64,000 nucleotides of DNA from Nannocystis bainbridge (GTDB lineage: Bacteria > Myxococcota_A > Polyangia > Nannocystales > Nannocystaceae): NCBI RefSeq assembly GCF_028368995.1, contig NZ_JAQNDL010000004.1, positions 128,001-192,000 of the forward strand, written 5' to 3'. This document shows positions 57,750-64,000 of the stretch, in pieces (position 1 is the first letter of the stretch; the number at the start of each line of letters is the position of its first letter). The notes beneath the pieces are model-generated. The model searched no databases. It was not told the DNA's origin and saw nothing but the letters and a program-made list of their open reading frames with translations. The translations under genes and the position numbers were made by a program.

Positions 57750-58820
57750 GTGCTGCCCGCGTTCGCGCTGATCGCCCTCTACGGGCTGGTGTTCGTGCTC
57801 CACCTGATCGTGCCGGCCCGCCGCGTGACCGGCTACGTGCGCGACGAGGCCAGCGGGGCGCCGCTGCGCTACCGCCTCAACGGGCTGCGGGTGATGGCGC
57901 TGATGGTCGCGCTGTACTTCGTCGCCGGCGCGACCGGGCTGGTGGCGTGGGACTGGCTGTACGTGCACCGCTGGGACACGCTGGCGACGGCGTGCGGGCT
58001 GGGGCTCGCGTTCACGCTGGCGATCGTGCTGCCGGCGGCATCGCGGCGCGGCCTGCTGGCCGATCTGTACCTCGGGCGGCTGGCCAACCCGCAGTGGATC
58101 GAGGGCCACGTCGACGCCAAGATGTTCTTGTATCTGATCGGGGCGGTGATGCTGCAGCTCAACCTGCTGTCGTTCGCGGCCCATCACCTGCTGCTGTACC
58201 CGGGCGATCCGTCGCCAGGGGTGCTGCTGCACGTGGCGCTGTTCTCGTTCTTCCTGTGGGAGTACCTCAACTTCGAGGAGGTCCACCTCTACACCTACGA
58301 CTTCGTGGCCGAGCGCGTGGGCTTCAAGCTCGGGTGGGGCTGCCTGACGTTCTATCCGTTCTTCTACGCGGTCGGCCTGTGGACGACGGCGGCCCTGCCG
58401 AACCCGCACACGCCGGGGCCGCTGCTGGGCCTGTGCGCGCTGCTGTTCTTCACCGGCTGGACGCTGGCCCGCGGGGCCAACCTGCAGAAGTTCTGGTTCA
58501 AGACGCAGCCGAACAAACTGGCGTTCGGATCGATCAAGCCCGAGGTGCTGACGGACGGCGAGAAGACGATCCTGGTCAACGGGTTCTGGGGGCTGTCGCG
58601 GCACATCAATTATCTCGGCGAGATCGCGATGGCGTCGGCGCTGGCGCTGTCGCTCGGGCACCCGGGACAGTGGGGGCCGTGGCTTTATCCGCTGTATTAT
58701 TTGGTGCTGCTGGTGCCGCGGCAGATCGACGACGATCGCCGCTGCCGCGCCAAGTACGGGGCGCTGTGGCATCAATACGAGCGGCGGGTCCGCTGGCGCA
58801 TCGTGCCCGGGATCTATTGA
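57750..58820 (+). CDS. ERG4/ERG24-family sterol reductase-like membrane protein
   Basis: Family signature 1-like GLLADLYLGRLANPQ and signature 2-like LVNGFWGLSRHINYLGE near the C-terminus; 7-8 TM helices. Confidence 0.7.
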   Translation: MLPAFALIALYGLVFVLHLIVPARRVTGYVRDEASGAPLRYRLNGLRVMALMVALYFVAGATGLVAWDWLYVHRWDTLATACGLGLAFTLAIVLPAASRRGLLADLYLGRLANPQWIEGHVDAKMFLYLIGAVMLQLNLLSFAAHHLLLYPGDPSPGVLLHVALFSFFLWEYLNFEEVHLYTYDFVAERVGFKLGWGCLTFYPFFYAVGLWTTAALPNPHTPGPLLGLCALLFFTGWTLARGANLQKFWFKTQPNKLAFGSIKPEVLTDGEKTILVNGFWGLSRHINYLGEIAMASALALSLGHPGQWGPWLYPLYYLVLLVPRQIDDDRRCRAKYGALWHQYERRVRWRIVPGIY

Positions 58821-58836
58821 GGCAGGGGGCGCGGGG

Positions 58837-59586
58837 GTGGATCCGCTGACCGTGGCCTATGTCGTCGGCGCCGGCATGTCGGCGTGGCTGCTGCATCGCT
58901 ATCAGCGTGCGGCGGCGCGGCAGCGGCTCGGGCTGGCGCCGCGCTTCGCCGAGGACGCGGAGAGGGTGATCGCGGCGGCGAGCGGGGCGAGTCGCGCCCG
59001 CGGTCACCGCTTCCTGGGGTCGCTGCACGTGCTGTACGGGCTGCTGCAGGACCCGCGGATCGCGGCGGCGCTCGGGTCCGCGAGCGCGGCGATCGAGGCG
59101 GCGGTGGTGGCGGCGCTCGATCGCGCCGAACCATCGCGGGCGGACGCGGAGGCGCTGGCGCAGACGCTGGCGCAGGCGGCCGCGGTGGCGCGCGCGCGCA
59201 GGCGGAGGGTCTCGAGCGTGGACCTGTGGGCCGCACTGACGCGCGCGGACACGGCGGCGTCGCGCATGCTGGCCGACCGGGCGGTCGAGGTGCTGACGAT
59301 CCTGTGCCACGGGGCGGCGGTGGCGGACTTCGAAGGGCCGGCGAGCTCGATCGTGGCGGTGTTGCGCGACGACGATTACACGCCGCAGGAGTTGGTGGTC
59401 GAGGTGCTGACGCGTCACTTCGCGCTGTCGCGCGAGAACGCGGTGGCATGCATGCAGGCGGCCGAGGCGGACGGTCGCGTGATCGTGGGGCGGTTTCCGT
59501 CGGCGGAAGGACGGCAGCGGGTCGCGGCGGCGCGGCGATTCGCGCGACAGCAGCGGGCGCCGCTGTGGATCGCGTCCGAACCCTGA
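58837..59586 (+). CDS. clpS: Clp N-domain repeat fused to a ClpS adaptor domain
   Basis: N-terminal Clp_N-like repeats (AERVIAAASGASRARGHRFLGSLHVLYGLLQDP...). C-terminal VAVLRDDDYTPQELVVEVLTRHFALSRENAVACMQAAEADGRVIVGRFPSAEGRQRV aligns with E. coli ClpS ([21 protein letters not shown]...A...M..VH..G.A.CGVF..E.AE.KV). Confidence 0.7.
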   Translation: MDPLTVAYVVGAGMSAWLLHRYQRAAARQRLGLAPRFAEDAERVIAAASGASRARGHRFLGSLHVLYGLLQDPRIAAALGSASAAIEAAVVAALDRAEPSRADAEALAQTLAQAAAVARARRRRVSSVDLWAALTRADTAASRMLADRAVEVLTILCHGAAVADFEGPASSIVAVLRDDDYTPQELVVEVLTRHFALSRENAVACMQAAEADGRVIVGRFPSAEGRQRVAAARRFARQQRAPLWIASEP

Positions 59587-59776
59587 CGGGGCGGGCGGAG
59601 AAACCCGCGAGGTCTCGCGGGTGATGGCGAGGCGTGCGTGCGACGGGTCGTGGTTCGTCGACCTCGCCACGGGGCGATGCGCACGTGGGCCCCAGGGTGC
59701 TTGCAGTCGTCCTGTGAAAGCGAGCGATCGTCGGCGCGAACACGTCGGTTGACGGCCGCGATCGGGCCTCGCTAGC

Positions 59777-61324
59777 GTGGCCGACGGGATGGGATTGTCC
59801 GTGAAAAACAACGTATTCGGCCGCGTCGCGCGGCTCTGTCTGCTCTTGCCGGTGGGCGCGTGCGTGTGGACGCCGAACAGCCGCACGTCCCACGAGTCGA
59901 GCGCCGCGATCTCGATGCAGGGCTACGCGGCGACCTCGGGCTCGGCGGTGCAGCTGCTGGCGAGGAACTGGAACTCCGGGGCGTTCGAGCTGGTGGACAC
60001 GGCGACGGCGTCGACCTCGGCGTCGTTCACGGGGCCTGACATGTACGCGTGGTCGAAGACGCTGTCCCTGGCGGCGAAGTTCTGGCGGCCGGATCAGGCC
60101 GGCTGTTCGGCGGGGCGCGCCGAGATCCGGGCGGTGGCCGGCGGCGATCCGTTCAGGACGTTCACGGACCCGGCGGGGCGATGCGCGTTCGATAAGGTCG
60201 TCATCGACGGCGAGCACCCGGCCGCGGCCGGCAACGCGTGCTCGGACGGCGACGAGGTGATCCTCTTCGACAACAACGGGACCTGCGGGGTGGCCGAGAC
60301 GGGCGGGCTGGCGACGGTGTACGGGCCGGTCACGGGACCGATCGACGGGGTTTCGGTGACTTGGGAGGTCGTCAGTTATCCGGTGCAGGGCAACACGATC
60401 TACGGGCTCATCTGTCGCCCGAGCGCGGCGGGGGCCCATCCGGTGCAGATCTTCAACCACGGCGGTTGGTGGGGCCTCGGCTACGGCGGCGAGCCGGAGG
60501 CCTGCGGCAAGTGGGCGGCGAAGGGCTGGGTGGTGGCGATGTCGAGCTACCGCGGCGAGCGCCTGCACCTGGGGCCGAGTCACAGCTGGAAGTCGGGCGG
60601 CAGCGTGGAGCTCTGCAACGGCGAGGTGACCGACGTGCTGCGCATGACGGATCTGGTGCTGGCCAAGCCGTACGCCAATTCGTCGAAGGTGTTGATGCAC
60701 GGGCTGTCGCACGGCGGCTGCATCACGACGCGGGCGGTCCAGCGCGGGGCGCCGGTGCAGGCGGCGATCGACGTCGCCGGGCCGAGCGAGTGGGCGTCGC
60801 TCTACGCGTCGCTCGGGTGGTGGCTGGTCGGGGCGTTGCCCACCGATCCGCCGACGACGCCGTTCCCGACGCTGATGGCGGGCTGGGTCGGGACGCCGTC
60901 GCTGGTGCCGCGCGCGTACGAGTGGCGCTCGAGCAAGTTCGTCGCGGAAGACCTGGCGGCGCGGACCGACGTCAAGTACCTGCGCATGCAAGGGACGGCC
61001 GATACGATCGTGCCGCCGGAGCACGCGTGCAAGCTGGCGAAGGCGGCGTTCGGCTCGGCGGGCAGCAAGAACTGGCACTTTAATAATGCCGCCGGGGTGA
61101 CGCCGGTGGCGCCGACGGGGTGCACGGCGACGGACGCGAGCCTGACGTGGCAGAGCGGGGCGAAGCCGACGACGAGCTGGCCGGACAACCGCTATGTGTT
61201 CGTGTACGACGCGCTGCCGCACGTGGTGGTGCCGGGCGACGGCACGCCGCCGGCGGTGGCGAACGCGTTCGGGGTCGATTACACCAACTTCGTCAATGCG
61301 CTCAATTGGGGCGTGGTGTACTGA
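59777..61324 (+). CDS. alpha/beta-hydrolase (S9/dienelactone-hydrolase-like) lipoprotein
   Basis: Lipobox LLLPVGAC; nucleophile elbow GLSHGG; C-terminal TADTIVPPEHA (Asp/His region). Confidence 0.65.
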   Translation: MADGMGLSVKNNVFGRVARLCLLLPVGACVWTPNSRTSHESSAAISMQGYAATSGSAVQLLARNWNSGAFELVDTATASTSASFTGPDMYAWSKTLSLAAKFWRPDQAGCSAGRAEIRAVAGGDPFRTFTDPAGRCAFDKVVIDGEHPAAAGNACSDGDEVILFDNNGTCGVAETGGLATVYGPVTGPIDGVSVTWEVVSYPVQGNTIYGLICRPSAAGAHPVQIFNHGGWWGLGYGGEPEACGKWAAKGWVVAMSSYRGERLHLGPSHSWKSGGSVELCNGEVTDVLRMTDLVLAKPYANSSKVLMHGLSHGGCITTRAVQRGAPVQAAIDVAGPSEWASLYASLGWWLVGALPTDPPTTPFPTLMAGWVGTPSLVPRAYEWRSSKFVAEDLAARTDVKYLRMQGTADTIVPPEHACKLAKAAFGSAGSKNWHFNNAAGVTPVAPTGCTATDASLTWQSGAKPTTSWPDNRYVFVYDALPHVVVPGDGTPPAVANAFGVDYTNFVNALNWGVVY

Positions 61325-61489
61325 TTCGCGCGAGATGAGCGATCGCGGCGCGGCGCGCGAGCGGAGCGTGGGCCGCGAATCGTGTGACGGCATGATGCAT
61401 GCGACCACGAGGCGCGGCGAGGGCTGCTGATCCGTGGGCTGCTCGAGCTTCGCAGTCCTCCGCGTCCGGCGGATCCTTGCCGTACGGTG

Positions 61490-62317
61490 CTAGGATTCGC
61501 GGCCGGTCAGGCGGGCCGTCTGCGAGCCCATGAGGGCGACGGCGCGCCGGCGCGGGAACAGGCGCCCGAGCACGAACGCGGCCACCTTGTTGAGGCCGCC
61601 GGGCACGGCGCTGGGCGGGCCGCCGAGGGCCTCCAGGGCCTCGGCGACGACGGCGTCGGGCTCCATCGCGCGCGGGCCGTCGGGGCCGCTCGAGCGCTCG
61701 AAGCCGGGGGTGCGGGTGGCGCCGGCGCAGCAGACGAGGACGTCGACGCCGCGCGGGCCCAGCTCGTACCACAGAGCTTCCCCGAGAGACAGGTTGAAGG
61801 CCTTGCTGGCGCCGTAGGTGGCGACCAGCGGCGAGCCCCAGAAGGCGGTGAGCGAGGACATGAGCAGGAGGCCGCCGCGACCGCGCTGGACGAGGCGCTC
61901 GCCGAACACGTGGGCGGCGATCAGGGGGCCGCGACAATTGACGTCGACGATCTTGAGCTTGTCGGCGAGCGGGACGCCGAGGAACGGGCCGACCTGCGAC
62001 AGGGCGGCGTTGTAGACGCAGAGGCCGACGTCGAGGTCGCGGGTGAGGGCGGCGAGGACCTCGGCGAGGTCGGGGGCGGCGAGGTCGAGGGCGGCGGTGC
62101 GGACCTCGACGCGGGCGCGCAAGGGCGAGGCGACGGCCTCGAGGGCGTCGGCCCGGCGCGCGAGCAGGAGGAGGTTGAGGCCGCGCTCGGCGAGGCCGCG
62201 GGCGAAGGCGGCGCCGAGGCCCTCGGAGGCGCCGAGCACGACCGCCCAGGGGCCGTACTTGAGGGCGAAGGCGGAGTGGTCGATGGTCGGGTCGGACACG
62301 CGCGGGCAGGAGAACAC
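61490..62317 (-). CDS. short-chain dehydrogenase/reductase (SDR)
   Basis: VVLGASEGLG cofactor loop, NAA motif, and YGASKAF catalytic Y-x-x-x-K. Confidence 0.8.
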   Translation of the reverse strand: MFSCPRVSDPTIDHSAFALKYGPWAVVLGASEGLGAAFARGLAERGLNLLLLARRADALEAVASPLRARVEVRTAALDLAAPDLAEVLAALTRDLDVGLCVYNAALSQVGPFLGVPLADKLKIVDVNCRGPLIAAHVFGERLVQRGRGGLLLMSSLTAFWGSPLVATYGASKAFNLSLGEALWYELGPRGVDVLVCCAGATRTPGFERSSGPDGPRAMEPDAVVAEALEALGGPPSAVPGGLNKVAAFVLGRLFPRRRAVALMGSQTARLTGRES

Positions 62318-62349
62318 GCCGAGGGGAGGCAGGGCAAGCCGGAACGCGT

Positions 62350-62468
62350 GGCTTCGAGGATATGTCCCGAGGGACAGGTCATCGCAGGTCGATTGGCTTC
62401 AAGGTCATGCCCTGAGAGACATGTCCGTGCGGCGCGAATCGCGTAATGACATGTCTTGAGGGACATGT
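62350..62468. repeat. GATATGTCC/GGGACAGGTCA/GAGACATGTCC/TGACATGTCT/GGGACATGTCC array (about 6 units) between the SDR and the propeller lipoprotein genes
   Basis: gatatgtcccgagggacaggtcatcgcaggtcgattggcttcaaggtcatgccctgagagacatgtccgtgcggcgcgaatcgcgtaatgacatgtcttgagggacatgtccttcag. Confidence 0.85.
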
Positions 62469-62484
62469 CCTTCAGGGCTAGCCG

Positions 62485-63903
62485 TCAGGTCGAGACGACG
62501 ACGAGGAGGAACATCTGCTCGGTGACGCCGCCGTTGCCGTCGTCGACGCTGAGGACGACGGGGTGCTCGCCGATGTCCTCGCTGGTGACCGACCACGAGA
62601 GCACGTTGGAGACGGGGTCGAGGAGCATGTCGGGCGGGCCGGACACGAGGGCGTAGGTGAGCGGGTCGCCGTCGGGGTCGGAGGCGACGAGCTGGTAGAA
62701 CCACGAGACGGGCGGGTCGCCGGCGAGCACGGTGCCGGAGATGGCGAGGCCGAACGGGCCGAACAGGCCGGGGTCGTTGGCCGAGGTCAGCGGCTGGCCG
62801 TCGGGCGCGAACTTGAAGATGTCGGCGGGCAGGGTGCCGCCGCCGTTCTCGTAGTCGGAGGTGTAGATGTTGCCCTCGTTGTCGACGCGCAGCGGGACAG
62901 GGAAGGCGTCGTTGGGCTGGTCGAAGGTGCCGAGCTTCTCGGCGGTGGCGACGTCGTAGCGCACGAGGTCGCCGGCGGCGGCGACGAGCTCGCCGTTGGC
63001 GTTGAACTGTAAGCCCTCGAAGTTGCCCGGGTTGCCGGCGCCGCTGAGCGTGCCGATCCACGGGAACTGATCGAAGTCGGCGAAATCGGCGACGTGGATG
63101 GTGTTGTCGGTCTGGCTGGCGAGGTAGAGCCGACCCTTGCCGTCGAAGGTGATGCCGGTCAGCTGGCCCGCGCCGGGCGGCAGCGGGATCTGCTGGGCGA
63201 ACGCGTAGTCCATCGCGTCGTATTGATTGAGCTTGTCGGTGCCGCCGGTGGCGGTGGTGGTGTAGAGATTGCCGCGCGGGTCGAAGATGACGTTCTCGGT
63301 CGCCTCGCTGGCGACCTTGGGGTACACGGCGTATTCGACGCCGTAGTCGCTGAACTCGACGAAGCTGCTGTAGCCGGCGACGACCAAGTTGCCGCGCGAG
63401 TTGAAGGAGGCGCCGTTGGGGCCGTAGGTGTAGAGGTCCGAGTCGACCTCGCTGAAGGCCGGGTGAGTGAAGGCCTGGATGAAGGCGAGGCTGTTGCCGT
63501 CGTAGACGCGGATCTCGTCGGTGCGCGAGGAGGCGAGGAAGATCTGGCCCGGGGCGAAGTTGCTCTGGAACAGCTCCTCGATCACGATCTCGGGGACCGG
63601 CTCGGACTCCCACACCGGCGGTTGATTGACGCCCGGCTCGGTGGCAGTGCCAGGATCGGTGGTGACGGTGCCCGTGGTGCCCGGATCGGTGGTGCCGGTC
63701 ATCGTCTCGCCGGCGGTGCCGGTGGGCGCTTCGGTGGTGGTGGGCGCGTCGGTGGACGCTTCGCCGGTGGTGGTCGGGCCGGGCGGCGACGTGGTCGCCA
63801 TGGTCGCGGTCCCGCTGTCGCTGGTGCGGCCGCCGTCGTCACCACATCCGCCGAGCATCACGCCTGCACACACCCACGTTCCGATCGATCGCCTCACCAT
63901 CAC
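62485..63903 (-). CDS. NHL/beta-propeller lipoprotein with C-terminal putative Ig (dystroglycan/cadherin-like) domain
   Basis: Lipobox MLGGCG; Thr/Gly/Pro linker; repeated (N/D)G(N/E)LY(V/T) blades (RGNLVVAGY, RGNLYTTTA, KGRLYLASQ, NGELVAAAG, EGNIYTSDY); C-terminal DPDGDPLTYAL motif. Confidence 0.65.
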   Translation of the reverse strand: MMVRRSIGTWVCAGVMLGGCGDDGGRTSDSGTATMATTSPPGPTTTGEASTDAPTTTEAPTGTAGETMTGTTDPGTTGTVTTDPGTATEPGVNQPPVWESEPVPEIVIEELFQSNFAPGQIFLASSRTDEIRVYDGNSLAFIQAFTHPAFSEVDSDLYTYGPNGASFNSRGNLVVAGYSSFVEFSDYGVEYAVYPKVASEATENVIFDPRGNLYTTTATGGTDKLNQYDAMDYAFAQQIPLPPGAGQLTGITFDGKGRLYLASQTDNTIHVADFADFDQFPWIGTLSGAGNPGNFEGLQFNANGELVAAAGDLVRYDVATAEKLGTFDQPNDAFPVPLRVDNEGNIYTSDYENGGGTLPADIFKFAPDGQPLTSANDPGLFGPFGLAISGTVLAGDPPVSWFYQLVASDPDGDPLTYALVSGPPDMLLDPVSNVLSWSVTSEDIGEHPVVLSVDDGNGGVTEQMFLLVVVST

Positions 63904-64000
63904 GAGTCCCTCCGCGGTCGGCAGGGTACAGCATCGTGCGCGAGGGCGGCTGCGCAGCGGCTTGCGCGACCCGCATGCTGGGGCTCAGGAGCAGGCCTAG

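Noticed and set aside
58814-61408. 864-aa minus-strand ORF
   Set aside because: It is antisense to the ClpN-ClpS and alpha/beta-hydrolase genes, both of which carry clear family motifs; the translation is an Arg/Pro-rich artefact.

Overview
This is a 64 kb window of roughly 70-72% GC chromosomal DNA. The coding style is typical of a myxobacterium (Myxococcota/Polyangia-like): many lipoproteins with 'L-x-x-C' lipoboxes and Thr/Ser/Gly-rich linkers, and a strong GC3 bias. Most of it is ordinary chromosome. Housekeeping and metabolic genes include typA/bipA, rlmE, a stand-alone L3 (rplC) paralog, tatD, tldD/pmbA, a Vat-type acetyltransferase, an ECF sigma factor, gcvT-gcvH, kynureninase, pcm, nadE, a Prs-family gene, rpiA, a fatty-acid desaturase, an ERG4/ERG24-type sterol reductase, an SDR, an M28 peptidase and an orphan DPPY DNA methyltransferase. 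There are also at least 15 secreted/lipoprotein genes of unknown function. Three things stand out. First, a dense dispersed family of short tandem arrays with 14-bp period built on the perfect palindrome GGACATGTCC occurs at 20 or more loci, mostly between convergent genes or just downstream of genes, with several copies sitting in-frame inside CDSs. Second, a foldback-like element has roughly 350-450 bp imperfect terminal inverted repeats made of 57-bp tandem sub-repeats flanking an IS1182-like transposase remnant. Third, one gene fuses a TAXI-type solute-binding domain to a 2-TM pore ('TFATGNF' filter) and tandem RCK domains, preceded by a separate soluble RCK protein. No rRNA, tRNA or CRISPR array was recognised. 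Many long ORFs in the six-frame track are GC-frame artefacts antisense to real genes. All coordinates are 1-based on the + strand. Product calls come from reading the translated ORFs against remembered family signatures and were not confirmed by any database search.
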